Shown here one piece after another: positions 29,419 through 38,315 of a stretch of DNA of 64,000 nt. Made by a program: the position numbers and the translations under genes. The DNA comes from an uncultured bacterium (GTDB taxonomy: Bacteria; Verrucomicrobiota; Verrucomicrobiia; Limisphaerales; UBA8199): contig CAVVMW010000030.1 of NCBI GenBank assembly GCA_963749495.1, positions 64,001 to 128,000 on the forward strand, in the 5' to 3' direction. The number at the start of each line of letters is the position of its first letter. Within the stretch, counting starts at the first letter, position 1. The notes beneath the pieces were generated by a model. That model had not been told where the DNA came from. It was given only the letters and a program-made list of their open reading frames with translations, and searched no databases.

Positions 29419-29979
29419 TCAGTGTTTCAGCAATTCAGCCACGTCCACGGCCGCGTTGGGGAAAGCTTGGGGCGCGGCCATTTCGCCGGCGCGCAAAATG
29501 GTTCTTGATCCGTAGCCCGTGAAGTGCGGTTCGCGATAGACTTCAACGGTTTCCTCGTTGAGGTTCACAATCCACACTTCGACAATTCCCGCACGACCGT
29601 AGGCGGGAAGTTTCTCGTCGCGGTCCGTCGTGAGGGACGTGTCAGAGACCTCGATGAGCAGATAAACATCCTCGGGTTGCGGATGGCGTTTCCGGTAGAA
29701 ATGCGAAGACGGCTTGAGCAACAGCAAATCCGGCTGCGGTTCGGAATGATCACTCAAATGCACCGGGTTCTGAACCGCGGTCACCCACCGGCCCCGGTGC
29801 GCAGCCGTGAAAACCTCAATCAGATAATTGACTACGCCTCCATGAAAAGGGCCAATCGGCGACATATCAATGATTTCTCCATCGAGAAGTTCCACGCGCG
29901 CGTCCGGCTTCAATACGCCGGTTTCCGCCATGCGGTAATACTCTTTCACACTGAAACGATGTCTGGTCTCAACCGGCAT
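29419..29979 (-). CDS. Uma2-family (PD-(D/E)XK) putative endonuclease
   Basis: HRFSVKEYYRMAETG..RVELLDGEIIDMSPIG..SEPQPD..LLIEVSDTSL..KLPAYGRAGIVEVWIVNL. Confidence 0.92.
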   Translation of the reverse strand: MPVETRHRFSVKEYYRMAETGVLKPDARVELLDGEIIDMSPIGPFHGGVVNYLIEVFTAAHRGRWVTAVQNPVHLSDHSEPQPDLLLLKPSSHFYRKRHPQPEDVYLLIEVSDTSLTTDRDEKLPAYGRAGIVEVWIVNLNEETVEVYREPHFTGYGSRTILRAGEMAAPQAFPNAAVDVAELLKH

Positions 29980-30029
29980 GTTCGGAAAATACCAAATCAG
30001 CGGGCTATTTGCAACCCGGCCTTCGCCAC

Positions 30030-30243
30030 CACTTGCGCCAGGCACCACGAAGATGGCCGCAACAACCTTTGGTTGCTCACGAACCGCGTCCAGGAGAACC
30101 TGCTCAGGGGCGGAATGCGGGACGCCAGCCGCCTGAACAAGGCCGGGAAGCCCTTTCGGCCCGTGCGGGCCATCCGGAGATTGCGCGCCAACGGGGCGAT
30201 CAATCCGGGCGCCTGGGATTTGGCCAGACCTACCGCTCGCTGA
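30030..30243 (+). pseudogene. DUF932-like C-terminal fragment (MGE-associated)
   Basis: ARHHEDGRNNLWLLTNRVQENLLRGG..RAIR..IN..AWDLA resembles the DUF932 RR.ED...LW..FNRVQEN...GG..LN..LW.LA pattern. Confidence 0.5.
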
Positions 30244-30519
30244 CTTGATCGCACTTGAACCGAGGGCAAAAAATCTCACTGGGAACTCGGCGGGCCGGGC
30301 TGTTGGGCTGCTCGTTGCACCCATTCCTTTTCCCATGAGTCAAAATCGCCGTCGCTTGTTACCGCCTCTTGAACCGATGCGCCAACGAAGAGGCAAGCCC
30401 GGGACCATTTTCCGTCCGGCAGTTGGCGGGCCTGCTTTTCGCGGGCGAGGATGAAATACGGCCCGGCATGCACCAACTCCCCGGAGGTATTCTTGGCCCC
30501 TGTCAGCGGCTTCCCGTAA

Positions 30520-30735
30520 TCAATAGCCTTCCCGAAGCAGATAATAGACCGCGGCCATTATTCCGCCGCAGAGCAGTGACATCAGGAGGGCCGAGCCGAT
30601 AAAGTAGGAAAAGGCCATCATCAGGACCCCGCCCACCATGGGGAGCCACGAACCCTGCTTCTTGCCATAAATGAAATAGCCCAACCCGACCGATCCCCAG
30701 AACAGCGAGGCGAGAAGGAAATTCGCGTCAAACAT
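30520..30735 (-). CDS. small conserved-type membrane protein
   Basis: LLASLFWGSVGLGYFIYGKKQ..MVGGVLMMAFSYF. Confidence 0.75.
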   Translation of the reverse strand: MFDANFLLASLFWGSVGLGYFIYGKKQGSWLPMVGGVLMMAFSYFIGSALLMSLLCGGIMAAVYYLLREGY

Positions 30736-30817
30736 GCGTCATCACCGAACAAGCGATTCTACAGCAGCAACCGTTCCAGGGAGAATGTCAAAAGCGCGCT
30801 CCAGGGCAACCGGAAAA

Positions 30818-30968
30818 GGCAACCGTTCAGGTGGGGACGCGTGGGGCAGACCTCCGGTCTGCCGGTTGGAGGGGCCTCCGGCCCCGAGCCTCGCAACCGC
30901 AAGGGACACGGAGCCGGAGGCTCCGTGAACCGGCAGACCAGAGGTCTGCCCCACACCTGAACAGTTAC
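30818..30968 (-). repeat. 151-bp palindromic MITE/REPIN-like element, copy 2 (inverted relative to copy 1)
   Basis: Reverse complement aligns with 24399..24549 over the full length. Confidence 0.85.
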
Positions 30969-31026
30969 ACGGAAAATCATGCCCGTCGGACTTGAGATCG
31001 AGATGAGGGTATGGTATTAGAAAACC

Positions 31027-31266
31027 ATGAAGACACTTCTGCTGTCGGTGATGTTGTTTGCCTTTGCGGTCGCGGCCCAGGCTGGGGACCCCAACGCGTG
31101 CAGCATGGGCTGCTGCCAGGGCGCCAAGGGCATGAGCGAACAGGCCTCCTGCTGCTCGAAGGGCAAGGCGGAGCAGACGAAGTCCAAGTCAAAGGCCAAC
31201 TCGACAAACACTGTCGCCAAGCGGCAGTTGGCCAGTCCCAAGGCCATCTCTCTGGCCTGCAGGTAA
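31027..31266 (+). CDS. small secreted Cys/Lys-rich protein
   Basis: Signal peptide MKTLLLSVMLFAFAVAAQA; two CC pairs; C-terminal LASPKA. Confidence 0.65.
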   Translation: MKTLLLSVMLFAFAVAAQAGDPNACSMGCCQGAKGMSEQASCCSKGKAEQTKSKSKANSTNTVAKRQLASPKAISLACR

Positions 31267-31273
31267 TCTCGGG

Positions 31274-32602
31274 TCAGCTTTCCGTGCTGCGGATGGCGTT
31301 GGCCAGGCCGGCCAGGTGGTGTTCGAGGGTGAAGTTGCCCAGGAAGATGTCGCGGAGGCCCACGCCGGTGGCGTCGGTGAGCGCGGCCTGGAGGCGCTGG
31401 GCGATTTGGCCGGGGGCGCGGATGTTGACGAACCCCGGGTAATCGTGGGGCAGGAGTTCGGGGATCGAGCGCCAGCGGGTGGTGATGACCGGCAGGCCAA
31501 AGGCCATGGCCTCGACCAGGACCAGCCCGAAGCTCTCGGCGTAATAATAGGTGGGAAAGCAGAAACAATCGCTTTGGGCCAGGACGCGCTCTTTGGCCGG
31601 GCCATAGACGAAACCGGCGTAGCTCACGCACGAGGCCAGTTCCGCAGGATTGGGGATTCCAAAGTGGCGGGTCTGGGGCAGGCGCAGGTTGGGCTGGGCC
31701 AGGCGTTTCTGGAATTCCTCGCGTTCGGCCAGGTTCATGAAATCGCCGGCCACAGTCAAGTGGATCAGGATCGGCGAATCGGCCTGGGCCAGCGCGCGGT
31801 TGGCCAGGGCGACCGCCTCGATCGTGTCGAAGAGGCCCTTCTCACGCGTGCAATGGGCCAGGTAAAGCACCTCGAACAGATGCGGGTCGCCGCCGCTCGA
31901 TTCGAGGTCAGCCGGGCAAAGCTGCGCCCCGGACAAGAGCTTCTGCCGGGCCGCCAGCCGGGCCTTGTGGCGCGGCAGCACCTCCGTGGCGAAGCCCGGG
32001 CACGGGTCGGGGATGCCGTTGTTGACGACCACGATGCGGCGCGCAAAGAGCTTCTCGGCATCGGCCTGGTTGAATTTCGAGAGCACGATGCTCAGGTCCA
32101 CCTGTTTCATCAGCCGGTAAGTCATCGAGCGGGAGCGGAGCTGGACGACTGTCTCGAGCCACTTGGCCAGCCCGGCGGCGTGCCAATGGAGGATGATGCG
32201 CCGGAAGAACGGCCGGCACAGCAGCATCACCAGCCAGTCCCGATACAGCGCCGAACGTTTGCCCGGCGCGGGGATGTAATAGAGTGTGCTCACCCCGTAG
32301 CGAAAGCGGCACCAGATGGCCTGCGCACAGTACCCGAGCAGCAGGAGGAACTTGCCCACGCGGAAATCGCCGATGTCCTCCAATTTCTGGGAGAGGCGCG
32401 CGTTGACGTGGTAGCACCGGATGCCCAGCAGCCTCTGGCCGGGGGCGGTCGCGACGTCGCCCTGCTGCGGGCCATCCGGGCGGCGGGTGGAACGCCGCCG
32501 CGGCGCCCGACAGTCGCCGCCGAAGCCCGCCAGCATGAGCTGCACCATGTAGCTCTGCCCATGGAGCGGCGGCGGCGTGTGCGCAAATACCAACAGCTTC
32601 AT
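31274..32602 (-). CDS. glycosyltransferase family 4
   Basis: FAHTPPPLHGQS, EKGLFD, CFCFPTYYYAESFGLVLVEAMAFGLPVITT. Confidence 0.92.
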   Translation of the reverse strand: MKLLVFAHTPPPLHGQSYMVQLMLAGFGGDCRAPRRRSTRRPDGPQQGDVATAPGQRLLGIRCYHVNARLSQKLEDIGDFRVGKFLLLLGYCAQAIWCRFRYGVSTLYYIPAPGKRSALYRDWLVMLLCRPFFRRIILHWHAAGLAKWLETVVQLRSRSMTYRLMKQVDLSIVLSKFNQADAEKLFARRIVVVNNGIPDPCPGFATEVLPRHKARLAARQKLLSGAQLCPADLESSGGDPHLFEVLYLAHCTREKGLFDTIEAVALANRALAQADSPILIHLTVAGDFMNLAEREEFQKRLAQPNLRLPQTRHFGIPNPAELASCVSYAGFVYGPAKERVLAQSDCFCFPTYYYAESFGLVLVEAMAFGLPVITTRWRSIPELLPHDYPGFVNIRAPGQIAQRLQAALTDATGVGLRDIFLGNFTLEHHLAGLANAIRSTES

Positions 32603-32718
32603 TCAAGCAACCCTCGAGCAGGATTGATCCCGCACTCGGTTTTGAACATGATGCTCGTGTCTCAACGGTTTGGCGATGACAAATCGGCCGGGAATTGAGC
32701 GTGCCAGGAATGCCTCGC

Positions 32719-32906
32719 ACCGCGTAGCGGTCCTCGAAGGTAGCCGTGGACCTTTAGTCCATGATCTGCCGAGCGACGGTCACCCGCGTCGCGTAGCGAC
32801 GCCTGAAGCACAATCAGGCGCCGCTGCGCGACGCGCCGCAATCTCATCGCCTGAACACCGTGGACTGGAAGTCCACGGCTACCTTCACAGTGTCGCTACG
32901 CGACAC
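32719..32906. repeat. REP doublet (GTCGCGTAGCGAC family)
   Basis: CGCGTAGCG / GGTAGCCGTGGAC..GTCCA / GCGTCGCGTAGCGACGC and mirror arm; second copy at 36435..36643. Confidence 0.8.
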
Positions 32907-32917
32907 GGGCGGAGCAC

Positions 32918-33721
32918 ATGATTCCCCGCACCCAGACCTCTGTTACAGCAGTAGGCCCCCCGGCGCGCGTGAACGTTCTGGGTGTGGGTATCAGCGCGAT
33001 CAACCTGGATTCGGCAGTCGCGGCCATCGGCCAGGCCCTCCAACAGCGGACTCGAGGTTATATCTGCGTCACGGGCGTGCATGGAGTCACCGAGGCGCGG
33101 AACGACCCGGCCTTTCGCAGTATCCTCAACGGCGCCTTCCTCAACACCCCGGACGGGATGCCCATGGTCTGGATGGGGCGGCTGCAGGGCTTCCGCGACA
33201 TCCGGAGGGTTTATGGCCCAGACCTGATGTTGCGGGTCTGTGAATATGCCCGCTCTCTAGGCCTGACTCACTTCCTCTATGGCGGCGCGCCCGGCGTGGC
33301 CGAGGACCTCAAGGTCCGCCTGGAAGGGCGGTTCCCGGGGCTCCGGATCATCGGGACCTGCACCCCGCCGTTCCGGCCGCTCACCCAGGTCGAAGAGCAA
33401 GACCTCGAACGCCGGGTCAATGCCCTGCGGCCGGACATTTTCTGGGTGGGGCTCAGCACGCCCAAGCAGGAGAAGTTCATGGCCCAGCATTGGCAACGGC
33501 TCCAGGCCACTCTGTTCCTGGGCGTGGGCGCGGCCTTCGATTTCCACTCCGGCCGAGCGCGGCAGGCCCCGCGCTGGATGCAGCGGGGCGGCCTGGAGTG
33601 GCTCTTCCGCCTCGGCTGCGAGCCCCGCCGGCTCTGGAAACGCTACCTCAAAAACAATCCCTTGTTCCTCGCCCGCGCCTTCCTCCAGCTCACAAGGATG
33701 CGCCGGTACACGCTGGATTGA
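32918..33721 (+). CDS. WecB/TagA/CpsF-family glycosyltransferase
   Basis: NTPDGMPMVW, RVYGPDLM, FWVGLSTPKQE, GVGAAFDF, APRWMQRGGLEWLFRL..EPRRLWKRY. Confidence 0.95.
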   Translation: MIPRTQTSVTAVGPPARVNVLGVGISAINLDSAVAAIGQALQQRTRGYICVTGVHGVTEARNDPAFRSILNGAFLNTPDGMPMVWMGRLQGFRDIRRVYGPDLMLRVCEYARSLGLTHFLYGGAPGVAEDLKVRLEGRFPGLRIIGTCTPPFRPLTQVEEQDLERRVNALRPDIFWVGLSTPKQEKFMAQHWQRLQATLFLGVGAAFDFHSGRARQAPRWMQRGGLEWLFRLGCEPRRLWKRYLKNNPLFLARAFLQLTRMRRYTLD

Positions 33722-34496
33722 GGGAAATGGAGAGGGCCGAAGGCCCTGAGGAGGCCTGCCAAACCAACCGCAGGCCCTCGAGCGTCAACAGGGGCTCGAT
33801 TGCGGTGATCTCGGGCAATTTGCCGGCGATGAGTTGGGCGTAGCCGCCGGTGGCGATGACCGGGAGACGGCGGGCCTGGAGTTCGCGTTTCAACTCGTGG
33901 ATCAACTCGCGAACCAGGCCGCGATAGCCGTGCACGGCGCCGACGAGCATGGCCTGCTCGGTGCTTTTGCCAATGGCGCCGCTGATCTCGCGGATGCGGA
34001 TTCGCGGCAGGAGGGCCGTCTTCTCGTGCAGGTAATCGGTCATGGCCGCCAGGCCCGGGGCGATGATGCCGCCGACATAATTGCCGGCCCGATCCACCAC
34101 GTCGAAGGTCACGGCGGTGCCGAAATCCACGACCACCGCCGGTGCGCCGAAGATGTGCCTGGCAGCAACGGCGTTGGCGAGGCGGTCCGCGCCGATGGTC
34201 TGCGGCTTGGGATAATCGAGGCCGATGCCGAGCACGGTCCTGGCGGTCAGTTCCAGGCAAGGCACGCGCCAGCGCCGTTCGGCCGCGCGGCGGATGCATG
34301 GCGTCACCCCCGGCACGACGCTGCAGAAGGCCGCCGCCTGGAGCCGCGTCCGCCCCGCAAAGGCCGCCACTCGGGCCTCGGCGCTCCCGTCCAGCCACGC
34401 GGCCGTCGGGATGTTGGCCTGTCTGACAACGCGCATCGAGTTGGCCAACCCGAGGTGCGTGTTGGTGTTGCCGATGTCAAGAAGCAGAATCATCAT
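33690..34496 (-). CDS. coaX: type III pantothenate kinase
   Basis: LLDIGNTN, IGADR, VVVDFGTAVTFD, GGIIAPG, IATGG; ATGA overlap with birA. Confidence 0.95.
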   Translation of the reverse strand: MMILLLDIGNTNTHLGLANSMRVVRQANIPTAAWLDGSAEARVAAFAGRTRLQAAAFCSVVPGVTPCIRRAAERRWRVPCLELTARTVLGIGLDYPKPQTIGADRLANAVAARHIFGAPAVVVDFGTAVTFDVVDRAGNYVGGIIAPGLAAMTDYLHEKTALLPRIRIREISGAIGKSTEQAMLVGAVHGYRGLVRELIHELKRELQARRLPVIATGGYAQLIAGKLPEITAIEPLLTLEGLRLVWQASSGPSALSISLNPACTGASL

Positions 34497-35473
34497 TTCT
34501 CCAGGGTCACGTCCCCTCCGATGATGCGTTCGAGGTGGCCGTGTTCGGTGCGCAGGAGCAGGGCGCCGTCTTCGCCCAATGCTTCGGCGCGGCCGCGGAT
34601 CTGCCGCTCGCCCACACGAATGGAGACGTTGCGGCCTATGGTCGTGCAGTGTTTCTCCCATTCGTCCGCGACATCGGAAAAACGCCCGGCAGTGACGCGC
34701 GCGTAATCCTCGTCCAGCTCGCGGAGGATGGCCACAGCAAGGTGGGAACGAGCCAGCGGTTTGCCCAGCTCGGCCTTCAGGGAAGTTGCCTGGCCCCGCA
34801 GTTCGGCGGGGAAATCCGAGGCGCTCATGTTCACATCCACGCCGATGCCCAGAATGACGTATTTGATGCGGTCCAGCTCGGCGTTCAGTTCGGTCAGGAT
34901 GCCGGCGGCTTTCCGGCCGTGAACCAGGATGTCGTTGGGCCACTTGATTTCGGGTTCGATGCCGGTCACGGACTGGATGGCGCGCCGCAGGGCCGTGGCT
35001 GAGGCCACCGTGAGGCGGGTGGCGTCCAGCGGGCGCAGGTTGGGCCGGAGCAGGACCGAGAGCCAGAGTCCCTTCCGGGCCGGCGAGAGCCACTTGCGTC
35101 CCAGGCGCCCCCGGCCCCGGCTCTGCGATTCCGCAAAGACCACCACGCCCTCTTTGACGCCGTCGCGGGCGAGCTTCTCGACCACGTCGTTGGTCGAGGT
35201 GGTGGACTGGAAGACGCGGATGTCGCGTCCGATTACGCGCGTCGCGCCCAGGCAGGAGACCAGGTCGTCGGCGTGCAGCAGGTCCGGGGCGCCCAGCAAA
35301 CGGTAGCCGTGGTGGGGGCTGGCCTCGATGTCGTAGCCCAGGGAACGGAGTTCCTCGATGCGGGCCCAAATCGCGGCGCGGCTCACGCCCAGGTCCTGGG
35401 AGAGCGCCGCCCCCGAGATCGAGCCGCTCCCGGCCCCGCGCAGGGCCTTGAGGATCTGCACGTCAAGATTCAT
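34493..35473 (-). CDS. birA: bifunctional biotin-[acetyl-CoA carboxylase] ligase / repressor
   Basis: N-terminal HTH (ISGAALSQDLGVSRAAIW), TTSTND, QSRGRGRLGRKW, KWPND, KAAGIL. Confidence 0.95.
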   Translation of the reverse strand: MNLDVQILKALRGAGSGSISGAALSQDLGVSRAAIWARIEELRSLGYDIEASPHHGYRLLGAPDLLHADDLVSCLGATRVIGRDIRVFQSTTSTNDVVEKLARDGVKEGVVVFAESQSRGRGRLGRKWLSPARKGLWLSVLLRPNLRPLDATRLTVASATALRRAIQSVTGIEPEIKWPNDILVHGRKAAGILTELNAELDRIKYVILGIGVDVNMSASDFPAELRGQATSLKAELGKPLARSHLAVAILRELDEDYARVTAGRFSDVADEWEKHCTTIGRNVSIRVGERQIRGRAEALGEDGALLLRTEHGHLERIIGGDVTLEK

Positions 35474-36330
35474 GGCTCAGGCAAAAAATCCAGCCCGATG
35501 TCCACCGCCCGCGCCGAATGTGTCAGCGCGCCGACCGAGATGAAGTCCACGCCGGCCTCGGCAATGGCGCGAACTGTCTCGAGGTGAATGCCGCCGCTGG
35601 CCTCGGTGAGCACGCGTCCGGCGCATTTGCGGACGGCCTGGCCCAACTGGACGGGCTCCATGTTGTCGAGCAGGATGAAGTCGGCGCCCGCCTCCAGCGC
35701 CTGGTCCACCTGTTCGAGCGTGTCGGCCTCGACTTCGATCTTGAGTTGAGGGTAGGCCGAGCGGGCGCGCTGCACGGCGGCGGCGATCGGGTTGGGCAGC
35801 TCGTGCCGGAGCGCGGCCAGGTGGTTGTCCTTGATGAGGACCATGTCGTAGAGGCCGAGCCGATGGTTGCGCCCGCCGCCGCAGGTGACGGCGTATTTTT
35901 CGAGGCGCCGCCAGCCCGGGGTGGTCTTGCGCGTATCCAGGATTTGCGCCCGCGTGCCGCGGACCGCCTCGACGAACCGGGCGGTGAGCGAGGCGATGCC
36001 GGAAAGGCGCTGGACGAAATTGAGGGCCACCCGCTCGGCGCCCAGCAAGGCGCGCGCGGGCCCGGCAGCCTCGAGCATAGTCCGGCCGGCGGACACGCTG
36101 TATCCGTCCTGCACGGCGCGGGTCAGGCGCACCCGGGCGTCCAGTTCGCAAAAGGCCGCCTCGGCCAGGGCCAACCCGGCGACCACCAGCGATTCGCGCG
36201 GCCGCATGGCCGCCCGGGCCGTCGCCTCGGCCGGCACGGTCGCCAGGCTGGTGGCATCCCCGCTGCCGGTGTCCTCGGCCAGCGCCAACTGCACCGCGCG
36301 GCGGAGTTCCTCGGCGGTCAACGGTTCCAT
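35470..36330 (-). CDS. nadC: nicotinate-nucleotide pyrophosphorylase (carboxylating)
   Basis: ALAED..GDATS, ERVALNF, ILDTRKTTPG, NHRLGLYDMVLIKDNH, EASGGI, SVGALTHS. Confidence 0.96.
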   Translation of the reverse strand: MEPLTAEELRRAVQLALAEDTGSGDATSLATVPAEATARAAMRPRESLVVAGLALAEAAFCELDARVRLTRAVQDGYSVSAGRTMLEAAGPARALLGAERVALNFVQRLSGIASLTARFVEAVRGTRAQILDTRKTTPGWRRLEKYAVTCGGGRNHRLGLYDMVLIKDNHLAALRHELPNPIAAAVQRARSAYPQLKIEVEADTLEQVDQALEAGADFILLDNMEPVQLGQAVRKCAGRVLTEASGGIHLETVRAIAEAGVDFISVGALTHSARAVDIGLDFLPEP

Positions 36331-36434
36331 GAGCGCAAAGATGGCGCAAAAGCAGAAAAAACAAAGGGCAAAATCCAACCGATGGAAGGCAGAAAAATGG
36401 GGGCAGAAAAATGAAGGCCAGACACCCCGAAGGC

Positions 36435-36643
36435 GTCGCGTAGCGACAAAGTGACGGTAGCCGTGGACCTCGGTCCACGGTTTACGGGGCGGGACCGGAT
36501 GGGCGTCGCGTAGTGACGCCTGACAGGTTGGGGCTGGCAGATGGAGGCTCTTTTTCAGGCGTCGCTACGCGACGCGGGTGAGGTTGGGCCATGGGTCCGT
36601 GGACTGGAAGTCCACGGCTACCGTCAGCCACCGCTACGCGGTG
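36435..36643. repeat. REP doublet (GTCGCGTAGCGAC family)
   Basis: Same hairpin order as 32719..32906, including CCGTGGACTGGAAGTCCACGGCTACC. Confidence 0.8.
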
Positions 36644-36679
36644 ACGGAAGGGGCCGGCACGGACAGTCGCGGGATCCAG

Positions 36680-36729
36680 CTTCTTTGGACGTCCGACCTC
36701 GCTGTCGGTGCGAGGATGAAGGCGCTCAT
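36680..36729 (-). pseudogene. ParE-like toxin N-terminal remnant
   Basis: MSAFILAPTARSDVQ starts in an ATGA overlap with the ParD-like tail of the peptidase gene. Confidence 0.5.
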
Positions 36730-38138
36730 TTCTTGCTCCGGGCGCGAGAAGTTCGGCTCATGGCTTTGAGCTCCGCTTCGACCTCATCCCCGGGGGTGCC
36801 TTCGCCGCGATCCAATTCGTCGAGGCCCTGCTGGATCTTGGCCCTGACCTCCTTGCCGCGCATCAACTCCTCGACCGCGCCGGCCTCGATCGGGATGTCG
36901 GCCATGAGGTCGAGGTTGCCGCCTTCCTGCACGAGGATGTCGTTTTCGAGGCGGACGGCCAGGCCTTCGCCGGGCAGGTAGATCGCGGGTTCGACGGTGA
37001 GGACCCAGCCGGGCTGGATCGGCTCGGTGGTCAGGCCGACGTCATGGACGTCGAGGCCGATCGGGTGGCCGACTCCGTGCATGAAGTATTTCTTGAGGGC
37101 GGGCTTGTCGGGGTCCTGTTTGCGGACAGCAGAGGGCTTGAGCAGGCCCAGCTCGAGCAACTCCTGCTGCATGAAGGCCTCGGCGTCCTTTTGCCACTGT
37201 TTGGGCAGCTTGCCGGGCGTGGCGGCCTTCGAGGCGGCGCGGAAGACGCGCAGGACGGCGTTATAGACCTGGCGCTGGCGGCGGGTGAAGCGTCCGCCAA
37301 CCGGGATGGTGCGGGTCAAGTCGGAGTTGTAATTGGCATAATTGGCGGCGACGTCCAGCAGGAGCAGGTCGCCTCTGCGGCAGGGTTTGTCGTTGGACAG
37401 GTAGTGCAGCACGCAGGCGTTTTTGCCGCTGGCGATGATCGGGGTATAGGCGAATCCGCCGCCGCGCCGGATGAATTCGTGGGCGAATTCGGCCTCGACT
37501 TCGGTCTCGCTGACGCCGGGTTTGACGAAGCGGCAGACCCTGAAGAAACCGGCCTTGGTGATCTGGCAGGCTTCTTTGATCAGCTCGAGTTCAAAGTCGG
37601 ACTTGACGATGCGCAGCCGGTGCATGAGCCGGGCCAGGCGCTGGTAATCGTGCAGGGGGTAACGCGCCTGGGTGTCTCTGACGAACCGGGCGTCGCGGGT
37701 CTCGACCTCGACCACCGCCCGCTTGTGCTCGTTGGCATTGAGATAGACGTGCTCGCACTCGCACATCAACCGGTGGAAGAGCGGACGGAACTCGTCCAGC
37801 CACTCGACGCGTTTGATGCCGGAGATGGCGGCGGCCTCTTCCTTGGTGAGCTTATGGCCCTCCCAAGTGACAATGAGGTCGTTGGTCTCGCGAACGAACA
37901 GGATCTCGCGCATGTTCTCCTCGTGCGCCTCGGGATAGAGGAGCAGGATCGTCTCCTCCTGGTCGATGCCCGTGAGGTAAAACAGGTCCGAGTTCGGGCA
38001 TAGCCGCAGCGAGCCGTCGGCATTGGTTGGGAGGACATCGTTGGCGTTGAGGACCGCGAGCGAATTGGAGAGCATCAGCTTCCGGAGGTTCGCGCGGTGA
38101 TTGACGAACATCTGCGGGTCTAGGGGATGATAGCGCAT
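36726..38138 (-). CDS. pepP: Xaa-Pro aminopeptidase (M24B) with a ParD-antitoxin-like C-terminal tail
   Basis: NSDLFYLTG, LLLDVAA..YNSDLTRTIP, HGVGHPIGLDVHD, TVEPAIY, VRLENDI; tail VRAKIQQGLDELDRGEG. Confidence 0.9.
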   Translation of the reverse strand: MRYHPLDPQMFVNHRANLRKLMLSNSLAVLNANDVLPTNADGSLRLCPNSDLFYLTGIDQEETILLLYPEAHEENMREILFVRETNDLIVTWEGHKLTKEEAAAISGIKRVEWLDEFRPLFHRLMCECEHVYLNANEHKRAVVEVETRDARFVRDTQARYPLHDYQRLARLMHRLRIVKSDFELELIKEACQITKAGFFRVCRFVKPGVSETEVEAEFAHEFIRRGGGFAYTPIIASGKNACVLHYLSNDKPCRRGDLLLLDVAANYANYNSDLTRTIPVGGRFTRRQRQVYNAVLRVFRAASKAATPGKLPKQWQKDAEAFMQQELLELGLLKPSAVRKQDPDKPALKKYFMHGVGHPIGLDVHDVGLTTEPIQPGWVLTVEPAIYLPGEGLAVRLENDILVQEGGNLDLMADIPIEAGAVEELMRGKEVRAKIQQGLDELDRGEGTPGDEVEAELKAMSRTSRARSKK

Positions 38139-38180
38139 GGTCGGAAGGGGGTTAAATCGAGGCACGCAACATTGGCACAA

Positions 38181-38260
38181 CCTTTGTCGCAGCCTTTGTC
38201 GCCTCCTTTGTCGAGAACTGGCGGGTTCGACAAGGGCCGCGACAAAGGCTGCGACGAAGG
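38181..38260. repeat. inverted arrays of 11-12-mers (CCTTTGTCG / CGACAAAGG)
   Basis: CCTTTGTCGCAGCCTTTGTCGCCTCCTTTGTCGA ... TCGACAAGGGCCGCGACAAAGGCTGCGACGAAGG; related array at 62197..62266. Confidence 0.8.
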
Positions 38261-38315
38261 TCCAAAACCCGCATGGGTGCGCCACTGTCGCTTGTTCCGG
38301 TTTGGATCGCAGCCT

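Noticed and set aside
31274..32602. Low-complexity loops in the GT4 (PRRRSTRRPDGPQQGD; PQTRHFGIPNP) as further repeat insertions
   Set aside because: No clear inverted-repeat pair or second copy found; they may be ordinary variable loops.
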